Below, one piece after another: positions 19,267-27,787 of a stretch of 64,000 bases of DNA. Within the stretch, counting starts at the first letter, position 1; every line of letters begins with the position of its first letter. Under the pieces are notes generated by a model, which was given only the letters and a program-made list of their open reading frames with translations, did no database searches and was not told where the DNA came from. The translations under genes and the position numbers were made by a program. Source of the stretch: an uncultured Elusimicrobiaceae bacterium (lineage in GTDB: Bacteria; Elusimicrobiota; Elusimicrobia; Elusimicrobiales; UBA9959); contig CAYPYG010000002.1 in the NCBI GenBank assembly GCA_964415175.1, positions 9,617 through 73,616 on the forward strand, in the 5' to 3' direction.

Positions 19267-20300
19267 TGGGGTCCTTATACGAGAAACTCGCCAAACCGGT
19301 CCTTTTCGTCCTGGACCCGGAGACGGCCCACGACGCCGCGGTGCTGGCCTCCAGGACCTCCTGGGCCTTCAGGCTGCCGGCCCTGGCCATGCGCGCGCTC
19401 TGCGCGGCGCCGCAGAGGCCGGCGAGGGTGGCGGGCCTCGATTTCCCCAATCCCGTCGGGCTGGCCGCCGGCTTCGACAAGGACTGCGAGTGCTATCCCT
19501 TCCTCGAATCGCTGGGCTTCGGCTTCCTGGAGCTGGGCACGGTGACGCTGCGGCCGCAGCCCGGCAACCCCAGGCCGCGGCTGTTCCGCCTGCCGGAGAA
19601 GGGAGCCCTGCTCAACCGGATGGGCTTCAATAACCGCGGGGCCCTGGCCGCCGCGGAGAACCTGCGGCGGCTGGGCAGGCGCCGCGCGCCGCTGGGCGTC
19701 AACATCGGCAAGAACGCCGACTGCCCGCTGGACCAGGCCCGGGACAATTACCTGGAGGCGCTCAAGGTCCTTTATCCTTACGGCGATTACTTCGCCGTCA
19801 ACATCAGTTCTCCCAACACGAAGCAGCTGCGCGAGCTGCACCGGCCGGAATACCTGGAGCCGCTGCTCGACGCCCTGCTCGGCTTCGCCGCCTCTCGGCC
19901 GGAAAGGAAGCCGGTGTTCATAAAACTGGCCCCGGACCTGTCGCCGGCCGAAACGGAAGCCTGCGCGCGGCTGATCGCCGGCCGCGGCGCCGGGATCATC
20001 GTCTCCAACACGACGGTCTCGCGCGAGGGACTGGAGCGCCGCTGGGAGCACGAGGCCGGCGGCCTGAGCGGCTCCCCGCTCCGGGAAATGGCGCGCACCT
20101 CGCTCAAGGCCGCGCTCGAAGGCGCCGCCGGCGCGCCGGTCATCGCCTCGGGCGGGATAATGGAGTCGGAGGAAGCGGCCTGGCGGCTGCGCGAGGGCGC
20201 GGCGCTGGTGCAGGTCTACACCGGCCTCGTCTACGGCGGCCCGTTCTTCGTGAAGAGCATACTGGAGCATCTCGCCGGCAAGGAGGCAGCCGATGCCTGA
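19266..20300 (+). CDS. pyrD: dihydroorotate dehydrogenase (quinone-type-like)
   Basis: Track ORF 18330..20300 trimmed to an ATG overlapping the pyrC TGA. NPVGLAAGFDK, LNRMGFNN, NISSPNT, GLSG motifs. Confidence 0.92.
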   Translation: MGSLYEKLAKPVLFVLDPETAHDAAVLASRTSWAFRLPALAMRALCAAPQRPARVAGLDFPNPVGLAAGFDKDCECYPFLESLGFGFLELGTVTLRPQPGNPRPRLFRLPEKGALLNRMGFNNRGALAAAENLRRLGRRRAPLGVNIGKNADCPLDQARDNYLEALKVLYPYGDYFAVNISSPNTKQLRELHRPEYLEPLLDALLGFAASRPERKPVFIKLAPDLSPAETEACARLIAGRGAGIIVSNTTVSREGLERRWEHEAGGLSGSPLREMARTSLKAALEGAAGAPVIASGGIMESEEAAWRLREGAALVQVYTGLVYGGPFFVKSILEHLAGKEAADA

Positions 20301-20970
20301 AACAAGACTGATAATCGCCCTCGACGTGCCCACGATGGAAGCGGAGCGGGAAATTCTTGAAAAGCTCAAAGGCCTGCCCGTCTATTACAAACTGGGGCCC
20401 GCGCTTTTCACCGGGGCCGGACCGGCCTGCGTGGAGCTGGCCAACAAGTACGGCCAGGGTGTTTTCCTCGACCTCAAGCTGCACGATATCCCCAACACGG
20501 TCAAAAGCGCCGTCGAACAGGCCGCCCGGCTGGGCGTCTTCTCCCTTTCCGTCCACTCCTCCGGCGGGCCGGAGATGCTGCGCGCGGCGGCCGCCGTGCC
20601 CGGCAGGCCTAAACTGTGGGGCATCACCGTGCTGACCAGCTTCGACGAGGCGTCCTTCGCGCGCGTCGGTTTCCGCCAGGGTACGGCCGCGGCCGCGGAG
20701 TCGCTGGCCTCGCTCGCGCGCGAATGCGGGCTCGACGGCGCGGTCTGTTCCCCCGGCGAGGCCGCGCGCCTGCGCGCGCTGCTCGGCGCCGGCGCGGAGA
20801 TAATAACGCCCGGCATACGCCGCGCGGCCGGCGGGGACGACCAGAAGCGCACGACGACGCCGCGCGAGGCGGCGGCCGCCGGGGCGGATTACATCGTCGT
20901 CGGCCGCCCGGTGCTCGGCGCGGCCGACCCGGCCGCCGAGACCGCGGCCATACTGGGGGAGATCTCATGA
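20293..20970 (+). CDS. pyrF: orotidine-5'-phosphate decarboxylase
   Basis: LIIALDV..., FLDLKLHDIPNTV, and a GADYIVVGRP tail. Confidence 0.92.
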   Translation: MPETRLIIALDVPTMEAEREILEKLKGLPVYYKLGPALFTGAGPACVELANKYGQGVFLDLKLHDIPNTVKSAVEQAARLGVFSLSVHSSGGPEMLRAAAAVPGRPKLWGITVLTSFDEASFARVGFRQGTAAAAESLASLARECGLDGAVCSPGEAARLRALLGAGAEIITPGIRRAAGGDDQKRTTTPREAAAAGADYIVVGRPVLGAADPAAETAAILGEIS

Positions 20971-21536
20971 AGAAGGACCTGCTGGAGACGCTGAAAGAGA
21001 AAGGCGCGCTGCTCGGCGGACATTTCCTCCTCTCGTCCGGACTGCACAGCCCGGACTACGTGCAATGCGCCCTGGCGCTCAAGGACACCGCGCTGGCGCG
21101 GGAGCTGGGGAAGGACCTGGCCGCGCTCTGGAAGGGCGAAAAGCCCGACGCGGTGCTCTCGCCCGCGATGGGCGGCCTCATCATAGGCCACGAAACGGCG
21201 GCCGCGCTCGGCGTGGATTTCCTTTTCGCGGAAAGACAGGAAGGGCGGTTGACGCTGCGCCGCGGCTTCTCGCTTCCGGCCGGCTCGCGCGTCGTGATAG
21301 TGGAGGACGTGTTCACCACCGGCAAGTCCACGATGGAGACAGAGGAACTGGCGCGGGGCCTGGGGATAAAAGCGCTGGGGGCGCTGTCGATGATAGACCG
21401 CACGGCCAAGCCCGCCTTCCCTTTCCCGTCGGCGAGCCTGCTCAGACTGGCGCTCACGGTGTACGAGCCCGCGGTCTGCCCGCTCTGCGCCGCCGGCGCG
21501 CCCCTGGTAAAGCCCGGGTCGAGAACGGCGCGCTAG
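20967..21536 (+). CDS. pyrE: orotate phosphoribosyltransferase
   Basis: Track ORF 20616..21536 trimmed to the ATGA overlap with pyrF. GHFLLSSGLHS and the PRPP loop VVIVEDVFTTGKS. Confidence 0.92.
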   Translation: MKKDLLETLKEKGALLGGHFLLSSGLHSPDYVQCALALKDTALARELGKDLAALWKGEKPDAVLSPAMGGLIIGHETAAALGVDFLFAERQEGRLTLRRGFSLPAGSRVVIVEDVFTTGKSTMETEELARGLGIKALGALSMIDRTAKPAFPFPSASLLRLALTVYEPAVCPLCAAGAPLVKPGSRTAR

Positions 21537-22213
21537 CCGACGAACATCAGCCGGTCCGCCATCAGCAGAACGCCGAAGACGACGAGCACCGCGCCCGCCG
21601 CGATCTCGACCTTGCGCACTCCCCCGCGGAACTTCGCCAGAAAGCCGAAGACCGGCACGGTCAGCCAGGCGGCCGCCAGGAAAGGCGCCGCCAATCCGAG
21701 CGAATAGACGAAAAGCAGCGCCATTCCCCTGCCCACTTCCTGCCCCGCGGCCAGCACCAGTATGCCCGCCAGTATCGGGCCGATGCAGGGCGACCAGCCC
21801 AGCGCGAAGGCGAAGCCCATCAGGAAAGCCCCGAAATGAGTGCCGCTGAATTTTTTAAGCGGCACCCGTTTCTCGTAATTGAAGAGCTTCAGTTCGAACA
21901 GACCCGTCATCTGCAGGCCCATGACGACCATCAGCGCGCCGAGGGCCTTCATGAGCGGCCCGCGCCAGGCGTCGAGCAGCATGCCGACGGCCGAAGCGGC
22001 CGCCCCCAGCAGCGTGAAGGCTATGACGAAACCGGCGCAGAAAAGCAGCGCGCCTTTGAGGACGCCCCGGGACAGGCGGCCTTCGGAATCTTTCAGCAGT
22101 TCCGAGGCGGAATAGCCGCTTATCAGCGAAAGGTAGCCCGGCAGCAGCGGCAGTATGCACGGGGAAAGGAAAGACGCGGCGCCGGCGCCGAAGGCCGCCA
22201 GGAACTGGGTCAC
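21533..22213 (-). CDS. ccdA: cytochrome c biogenesis / thiol-disulfide transfer membrane protein CcdA (DsbD beta-domain family)
   Basis: FLSPCILPLLPGYL and GWSPCIGPIL Cys motifs. The start was set at a GTG overlapping the kdsC TGA (GTGA). Confidence 0.85.
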   Translation of the reverse strand: MTQFLAAFGAGAASFLSPCILPLLPGYLSLISGYSASELLKDSEGRLSRGVLKGALLFCAGFVIAFTLLGAAASAVGMLLDAWRGPLMKALGALMVVMGLQMTGLFELKLFNYEKRVPLKKFSGTHFGAFLMGFAFALGWSPCIGPILAGILVLAAGQEVGRGMALLFVYSLGLAAPFLAAAWLTVPVFGFLAKFRGGVRKVEIAAGAVLVVFGVLLMADRLMFVG

Positions 22214-22884
22214 CGGTCCTTGCCTTTTCCCGCCCGGGACCCGCCCGTTCCGCCGGCGGCCGCTTTTTTTCTCTCCGAATAACGGACGATCTTCATCGGC
22301 GGCTTGGCCGGCGAAGGCCAATGCGCCGTCTCGACGCATTTCATGATCTCCTTCATCCTGCCCTGCGCGGAGAGTATCAGGTCGCAGACCTCGCGTACCG
22401 CGCCCAGCCCCCCCTCCTTGCGGGCCGTGAAATGGGAGGCCGCCTTGACCTCGGGCAGGGCGTTGGCCGGAGCGCAGGCGAGCCCGGCCCGGCGCAGCAG
22501 CGGAATATCCGTCCAGTCGTCGCCGATATAGGCCAGCTGCGAAGGCTTCAGCCCTTCGGCGGAAAGGATCTCCTCCATCGGGGTCAGCTTGGAGAGAAAG
22601 CCGAGATACGAGTAGGTCATGCCGAGCTGCGCGGCGCGCTCCTCCGTGCCGGGGGATTCCCTCCCCGTTATGACGCCGGTCCTTATGCCGAAATTATTGA
22701 GCAGACGAAGGCCTATGCCGTCGAGCGCGTGGAAGGCCTTGAACTCGACCATCCCGCCGCCGCGGCCGGGGATGTAGTACATCTTGCCGTCGGTCAGCAC
22801 GCCGTCCACGTCCATCAGGACTATCTTTATCCCGCGCGCGCGCGCGGCCAGGTCTCGCTTCTTCACTTGGCCTCCATCTTCCAT
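22210..22884 (-). CDS. kdsC: KDO 8-phosphate phosphatase (HAD-IIIA) with a basic C-terminal tail
   Basis: LMDVDGVLTDG, GDDWTDIP, and GGLGAVREVCDLIL, which closely resembles E. coli KdsC. Confidence 0.8.
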   Translation of the reverse strand: MEDGGQVKKRDLAARARGIKIVLMDVDGVLTDGKMYYIPGRGGGMVEFKAFHALDGIGLRLLNNFGIRTGVITGRESPGTEERAAQLGMTYSYLGFLSKLTPMEEILSAEGLKPSQLAYIGDDWTDIPLLRRAGLACAPANALPEVKAASHFTARKEGGLGAVREVCDLILSAQGRMKEIMKCVETAHWPSPAKPPMKIVRYSERKKAAAGGTGGSRAGKGKDR

Positions 22885-23864
22885 TTCTCGGCCAGCGCCA
22901 GCTCGGCCTTGCGGCCGGCGTAGTTCTCCGGCGCCGGGCCGGTATATCTGAAAAGGAACCAGTCTATCGATTCTTTGAGCATCCGCTCCGCGGGGGAAGG
23001 CCGCCAGTCGAGCTCCTTGAGCGCCTTCGAAACGTCGAGCGTGAAATCCCCCCCGCCCGACAGCGGCGAGGCGGCGGGCGTCCAGCCGTTCTCTTTCAGC
23101 CAGTCCTTCGGAGGGGTCAGGATCGCCGCGTCGCGGTGCATGATGCGGGCCGAAAGCTTTACGAGATCCTCCAGCGACAGCGTCTCGCCGCCGGCGATAT
23201 TGAAAGCGGTCCCCGGCCCGGCTCCGCAGCCGAGGAGGGCGGAGAAAGCCGCCGCCAGGTCGGAAGAAAAAGCGTAACTGGCCCGGAACGCGGCGCCGGG
23301 CAGGAACAGCGGGCCGCCGTCGGCCAGACGCAGCCAGTAGGAATAGGCGCGCAGGGTATGATCGCGCGGGCCGATGACCACGGGCGGCCGCACCATCAGG
23401 ACGGGGAACGAGATCTTTTCCGCCGCGTTCAGGAAGACCTTCTCGGCTTCCGCCTTGCCGGAGGCGTAATCGTAGTAGGGGGTCCGGCGCGGCGCGGTCT
23501 TCGGCGGCAGCAGGGCCGTCATGTTCTCGCGGTAAGGAGTGGGGGCCGAGTCCAGCGTGGAATATACGGCGGACGAGCTGGTAAAGACGTAAAGGCCGAC
23601 CCGGCCGCTGAAGACCCTGACGGCCTTCTCGGCGTCGGCGGCGTTGTAGCAGATATTGTCTATGACGGCGTCCCAGCGGTCCACCGACATGCGCACCAGG
23701 TCGGCCTCCACCGTGCGGTCCCCCCGCGACTGGCGGATATCGAGATGCAGGTCGGGCACGGGGCAGCGGCGGGAGAAAACGGTGACCTCATGCCCCTCCT
23801 TGCGGAGCAGGTTGGCCGTTTCGAGACCGAAAAAACTTGTACCGCCCAATATGAGTATCTTCAT
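22863..23864 (-). CDS. NAD-dependent epimerase/dehydratase family protein
   Basis: MKILILGGTSFFG Rossmann motif; 333 aa. Confidence 0.85.
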   Translation of the reverse strand: MKILILGGTSFFGLETANLLRKEGHEVTVFSRRCPVPDLHLDIRQSRGDRTVEADLVRMSVDRWDAVIDNICYNAADAEKAVRVFSGRVGLYVFTSSSAVYSTLDSAPTPYRENMTALLPPKTAPRRTPYYDYASGKAEAEKVFLNAAEKISFPVLMVRPPVVIGPRDHTLRAYSYWLRLADGGPLFLPGAAFRASYAFSSDLAAAFSALLGCGAGPGTAFNIAGGETLSLEDLVKLSARIMHRDAAILTPPKDWLKENGWTPAASPLSGGGDFTLDVSKALKELDWRPSPAERMLKESIDWFLFRYTGPAPENYAGRKAELALAEKWKMEAK

Positions 23865-23927
23865 ATATCCAAAGCGCCTGTTCCTTATTATATTAAGCGG
23901 CCGCCCCGCCGGTCAAACCGGCATTCT

Positions 23928-24029
23928 GGTTAACTATAGTTAACAGCCCTTACGGCCAGCATGATCAAATGATACGGGCCTTGACTTCACCTGGCTATTT
24001 TATGTTACTATGGTTAACACAGGTTAACA
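23928..24029 (+). promoter_or_regulatory. divergent promoter region with four GGTTAAC(A) motifs (putative operator array)
   Basis: Palindrome GTTAACTATAGTTAAC at 23929..23944. Direct repeats GGTTAACA at 24012..24019 and 24022..24029 abut the ATG. TTGACT at 23981..23986 with TACTAT-like -10 candidates. Confidence 0.5.
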
Positions 24030-24314
24030 ATGCCAGGAGACTTCCTTTCGATACCAGAGGCGGCCGCGATACTCGGCGTCTCCCGCATAGCCGTTTTCAA
24101 GCGGGTCAAAAGCGGGCAGATCCCCGCCTTCCGGGCGGGAAGGGCCTGGGTCATCGCCAGGCGGGACATATCCGCGCCGGCCGTCCCGCAGGCCGCGGCC
24201 GGGAGCGCCGTCGCTCCCGCGGCGCGGAGCCGGACGCAAAAGCCTCCACCCTCCCCCCCTTCGCCTCCGCCTCCGGCGGACCCCGGGGACCTCGACTCGA
24301 TGGGCTGGGATTAA
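24030..24314 (+). CDS. excisionase-family (MerR-like) helix-turn-helix DNA-binding protein with a Pro-rich tail
   Basis: LSIPEAAAILGVSRIAVFKRVKSGQIPAFRAGRAWVIARRDI matches the excisionase-type HTH pattern. Confidence 0.75.
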   Translation: MPGDFLSIPEAAAILGVSRIAVFKRVKSGQIPAFRAGRAWVIARRDISAPAVPQAAAGSAVAPAARSRTQKPPPSPPSPPPPADPGDLDSMGWD

Positions 24315-24378
24315 CGCGTCCCCGTCGGTTTCGCCGCCCGGATTTGCCAGGCCGGCGCTTTAAAGTTATAATTCGTCC

Positions 24379-25254
24379 ATGGAAAAGGACTTTTTCGAAG
24401 AGCTGCAGGAGCAGCTCAAGGCGCTCAAACAGCGCCAGGGAGGCGGAATGGAAAAGGATCTCAGCGGTAAGATACTGGCCGGCATGATAGGGCTTTTCGC
24501 CGTCATGTTCTTCTTCTCGGCCTATTTCATAGTAAGACCCGGCGAGGTGGCGGTAAAGACCCGCCTGGGCAAGATAGTAGACTCCTACGACGAGGGCATA
24601 CACTTCAAGGTCCCCTTCCTGGAGGACATAACCCGCTTCTCCATACAGATACAGCGCGCGGACATCAAGTCCCAGGCCTTCTCCAAGGACCTGCAGACGA
24701 TGAACACCCACCTGGTGGTCAATCACCGCATACAGAAAGACACCGTGGTCAGCATCTTCCGCAACCTCGGCCCGAACTATGTCAACTCCATCGTCGACCC
24801 CACGGTGCAGGAGATCTTCAAGTCCATCGCGGCCAAGTTCTCCGCCGAAAAGATCATCGGCGAGCGCGAGGACCTGGTAGCCGAGATAAACCGGGAATGC
24901 AAGGAGCGCCTGAAGACCAAGGAGATCATCGTCACCGACATCTCCGTCGTGGACCTGGACTTCACCGACCAGTTCCTCAAGGCCGTCGAGGACAAGCAGG
25001 TGGCCGAGCAGCAGGCCAAAATGGCCGAAAAGCTCGTCGAGAAATCCAAGAAGGAAGCGGAATCGCAGATAGCCAAGGCCAAGGGCGAGGCCGAATCCCT
25101 CCGCCTGCAGCGCGAGCAGGTCACCAGCCAGATGATCGAACTGCGCAAGGTGGAAGCCCAGCTTAAGGCCATCGAGAAATGGAACGGCGTTCTCCCCCAG
25201 TATACGGGAGGAGAGGCCGTTCCGTTCATCTCCGTGGGAGCCAAGACAAGATAA
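24379..25254 (+). CDS. SPFH/band-7 (prohibitin/HflC-like) membrane protein
   Basis: N-terminal TM segment, VRPGEVAVKTRLGKI, a coiled-coil AEQQAKMAEK..., and EKWNG near the C-terminus. Confidence 0.9.
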   Translation: MEKDFFEELQEQLKALKQRQGGGMEKDLSGKILAGMIGLFAVMFFFSAYFIVRPGEVAVKTRLGKIVDSYDEGIHFKVPFLEDITRFSIQIQRADIKSQAFSKDLQTMNTHLVVNHRIQKDTVVSIFRNLGPNYVNSIVDPTVQEIFKSIAAKFSAEKIIGEREDLVAEINRECKERLKTKEIIVTDISVVDLDFTDQFLKAVEDKQVAEQQAKMAEKLVEKSKKEAESQIAKAKGEAESLRLQREQVTSQMIELRKVEAQLKAIEKWNGVLPQYTGGEAVPFISVGAKTR

Positions 25255-25270
25255 TAGTCAGGCGTTTTCA

Positions 25271-25303
25271 CAAAAAACCCGGCCCAACGCCGGGTTTTTT
25301 ATT
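25271..25303 (+). terminator. intrinsic terminator
   Basis: AAAAAACCCGGC-CCAAC-GCCGGGTTTTTTATTT. Confidence 0.8.
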
Positions 25304-25342
25304 TCCCCTCCCCGGAATTTATCAATATTTTTAATTTAGGGC

Positions 25343-25382
25343 TTGACAAAATCAATATCAAATTCTATTATATCAATATCAA
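25343..25382 (+). promoter_or_regulatory. sigma70-type promoter with ATCAATATCAA operator-like repeats
   Basis: TTGACA (25343..25348), a 17-nt spacer, then TATTAT (25366..25371). ATCAATATCAA occurs at 25351..25361 and 25372..25382, with a partial ATCAATAT at 25321..25328. Confidence 0.65.
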
Positions 25383-25419
25383 GTTTGTTTTTTATTTAGT
25401 CAGAGCAAGGATAAATAAA

Positions 25420-25797
25420 ATGAATATACCTACTAAATGTCCCGCCTGCGACGGAGGAATGATCATAACTGAAATGGCCTGCGCCAAATGCAAGACCTCG
25501 ATAAAAGGCGCCTTCGAACTCAATGAGCTGACGACGCTCAGCGAAGACAACCTGGCGTTCCTGAAGGTCTTCATCGCGGCCAGGGGCAGCATAAAAGAGG
25601 TAGAGCGAGCCCTGGGAATATCCTACCCGACGGTGCGGGCCAGGCTGGACGGACTCGTCCGGGCCATGGGCCTGTCGGCCGCGACGGAGAACCTGGGACG
25701 GCGAAAGGCGGAGATCATCGAAAGACTGGAGCGGGGGGAGATAGACGCGCAGGCGGCGCTGAAACAGCTGAACGAACTGGAAGGAGAGAACATATGA
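25420..25797 (+). CDS. DUF2089-type zinc-ribbon + HTH regulator
   Basis: CPACDG...CAKC ribbon, LAFLKVFIAARGSIKEVERALGISYPTVRARLDGLV. Confidence 0.8.
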   Translation: MNIPTKCPACDGGMIITEMACAKCKTSIKGAFELNELTTLSEDNLAFLKVFIAARGSIKEVERALGISYPTVRARLDGLVRAMGLSAATENLGRRKAEIIERLERGEIDAQAALKQLNELEGENI

Positions 25798-26165
25798 ACC
25801 CGGAAAAGATAAAGATACTTAAAATGCTCGAAGAGAAGCGGATAAGCTCCGAAGATGCCATGCAGCTCCTGGAGGCCGTCGAAAAGCTGGACAGGGTGGA
25901 GGCTTCCGTCCCGAAACGGGGACGCTTCCTGCGCATACGGGTCTACGAAGGGGAGGGGGAGAAAGCCAAGGTGAACATCAATGTCCCGCTCGGCTGGTCC
26001 AAACTCCTGGCCCCGTTCATAGAGGGGAAGATAAAGGCCCGGCTGCAGGAAAAGGGCTATGACCTGGACCTGGGGAAGATACAGGAATACATCGAAAGCG
26101 GAGAAGCCGGCCGCATAGTGGACGTCCAGGACGGCAACAATAAGGTAGAGATATATATAGATTGA
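25794..26165 (+). CDS. SHOCT-like / LiaX-YvlB N-terminal-domain protein
   Basis: ILKMLEEKRISSEDAMQLLEAV motif. ATGA overlap with the regulator. Confidence 0.65.
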   Translation: MNPEKIKILKMLEEKRISSEDAMQLLEAVEKLDRVEASVPKRGRFLRIRVYEGEGEKAKVNINVPLGWSKLLAPFIEGKIKARLQEKGYDLDLGKIQEYIESGEAGRIVDVQDGNNKVEIYID

Positions 26166-26479
26166 TGACACAAGGAGGGACCATGGGATTCAATGCGAGG
26201 AAAGTAAAATGGGGCGTCATTTTCATAGCCGCCGGGGCCATGCTGCTGGCGCACAACTACGGCCTGCTGTCTTTCGAGATCCGCTTTTCCAGGGACTGGC
26301 CGGCCATCCTTATAGCCATAGGCCTGCTGGGGGCTTGGGACGGCCTTTTCCACCGAAGCCGCGCCCGACAGCCGAAAGAGGGGGATCCGGAGGCGAGAAA
26401 AGCCCTGCGCGACATCCTGGAAAGGATCGAGCGCGGGGAAATAAAAGCCGAGGAGGCCGCGCGCAAACTCAAGGAATAA
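26162..26479 (+). CDS. small membrane protein with a C-terminal SHOCT-like helix
   Basis: Two TM segments, then ILERIERGEIKAEEAARKL. Overlaps the previous stop. Confidence 0.65.
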   Translation: MMTQGGTMGFNARKVKWGVIFIAAGAMLLAHNYGLLSFEIRFSRDWPAILIAIGLLGAWDGLFHRSRARQPKEGDPEARKALRDILERIERGEIKAEEAARKLKE

Positions 26480-26499
26480 TGCGGCCAACCCACCCGGGA

Positions 26500-26515
26500 T
26501 GTTTCACGTGAAACA
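26500..26515. other. parS centromere-like site 1
   Basis: TGTTTCACGTGAAACA is a perfect palindrome matching the parS consensus tGTTnCACGTGAAACa. The extended palindrome spans 26498..26517. Confidence 0.85.
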
Positions 26516-26538
26516 TCGCCGACGCCCCGCAAGCGCAT

Positions 26539-26569
26539 AGAGCCGGCTTTCCATAGGCCGGCTCTTTTA
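26539..26569 (+). terminator. intrinsic terminator after the DUF2089 operon
   Basis: AGAGCCGGC-TTTCCATAG-GCCGGCTCTTTT. Confidence 0.6.
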
Positions 26570-26814
26570 CGCCCATGCCGCCAAAACCATAAAAACCCCA
26601 CCCACAGTGACCCGATCATGAGAAATGGACGAAAATCACCAAAATCCCCACTTTTTAACCAAAATCAAGTCTTTTTAGCCCGCAATATCCCCCGTATTAA
26701 CAGGTTTGAGCCCCAAAATCTGTTAGTAACCGCCATCCGCACATGCCAGGCTATTGATAAGTCAAGACCCAGACAGAAGGCACCGAAAGACCCTCCCGCG
26801 CCCCAAAAACCCTG

Positions 26815-26846
26815 TTGACAGAAAAAAAACAATATTTGTAAACTCT
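26815..26846 (+). promoter_or_regulatory. parA promoter candidate
   Basis: TTGACA (26815..26820), an 18-nt spacer, then TAAACT (26839..26844) with an upstream TG (TTGTAAACTCT). Confidence 0.55.
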
Positions 26847-26859
26847 TTGAGGACCTGAA

Positions 26860-26875
26860 TGTTTCACGTGAAACA
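26860..26875. other. parS centromere-like site 2 (in the parA 5' leader)
   Basis: Identical TGTTTCACGTGAAACA, 24 nt upstream of the parA ATG and downstream of the putative -10. Confidence 0.85.
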
Positions 26876-26899
26876 TCGAATGTCTCCAAGGGGTATAAA

Positions 26900-27739
26900 A
26901 TGGGCGAAATAGTGGCGATAGCTAATCAGAAGGGGGGGGTAGGAAAGACCACCACCTCCATAAACCTGGCCGTGGCATTGGCGGCGCTGGACTACGAGAC
27001 GCTGCTCATAGATTTCGACCCGCAGAGCAATTCGACATCGGGTCTGGGCGTGGAGACGAAGCATGGAATGCCCGGCATCTACGAAGTGCTTTGCGAAAAA
27101 GCGGAACCGGAGGCGGCCATAAGGCAGACCTCCGTGGAATGGCTGGACATCATACCGACGACCCACAACCTGGCGGGGGCCGAGATCGAGCTCGTAAGCG
27201 AATTCTCCCGCGAGTCGGTCCTCAAAAGGACGCTCTCAAGGCTGAAGGAGATGTACAAGTTCGTGATAATAGACTGCCCGCCTTCCCTGGGGCTCCTCAC
27301 GGTCAACGCCCTTACAGCTTCCGACTCCGTCATCACCCCCGTGCAATGCGAGTATTACGCCATGGAAGGACTGACCTATTTCATGAATACGGTCGAAAAG
27401 ATCCGCCAGGCCCTGAATCCGAACCTCCGGATAGACGGCGGCATCATAACCATGTACGACTCCAGGATCAACCTGGCCAACCAGGTCCGCAGCGAGATCT
27501 CAAAGTATTACGGAGAAAAGCTATACGGCACGGTGGTCCCGCGCAATGTGCGGTTGGCCGAAGCTCCCAGTTATGGCCAGCCCATTTTCGTATATGATCC
27601 CAGCTCCAGAGGGGCGCAGGCCTACAAAAGCCTGGCCCTCGAATTCCTCAAGCGCCGCGGCGTCAACACCGACACGTATAAGGAATCCAATATATGCGTC
27701 AGCGAAGAGGCCCTGGCTGATTACGATTTCGGCGGCTAA
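26900..27739 (+). CDS. parA: chromosome partitioning ATPase ParA/Soj
   Basis: IAIANQKGGVGKTTTSINLA deviant Walker A, DCPPSLG; about 25 aa C-terminal extension. Confidence 0.95.
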   Translation: MGEIVAIANQKGGVGKTTTSINLAVALAALDYETLLIDFDPQSNSTSGLGVETKHGMPGIYEVLCEKAEPEAAIRQTSVEWLDIIPTTHNLAGAEIELVSEFSRESVLKRTLSRLKEMYKFVIIDCPPSLGLLTVNALTASDSVITPVQCEYYAMEGLTYFMNTVEKIRQALNPNLRIDGGIITMYDSRINLANQVRSEISKYYGEKLYGTVVPRNVRLAEAPSYGQPIFVYDPSSRGAQAYKSLALEFLKRRGVNTDTYKESNICVSEEALADYDFGG

Positions 27740-27787
27740 AAAACCTATATATTATAATCATTTTTTACACACAGCAATGGAGGGAAC

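Noticed and set aside
24030-24314. Whether the excisionase-family HTH marks a prophage or integrative element.
   Set aside because: No integrase, tRNA target, direct repeats or phage/conjugation genes were seen, and the flanks are ordinary metabolic and membrane genes.
26520-26860. Whether the parS-flanked spacer is oriC, or encodes the 66-aa ORF 26618..26818.
   Set aside because: No cluster of TTATCCACA-like boxes and no dnaA/dnaN neighbourhood were found. The ORF has no SD, a low-complexity product and atypical codon usage. GC-skew analysis of the full contig would be needed to say more.
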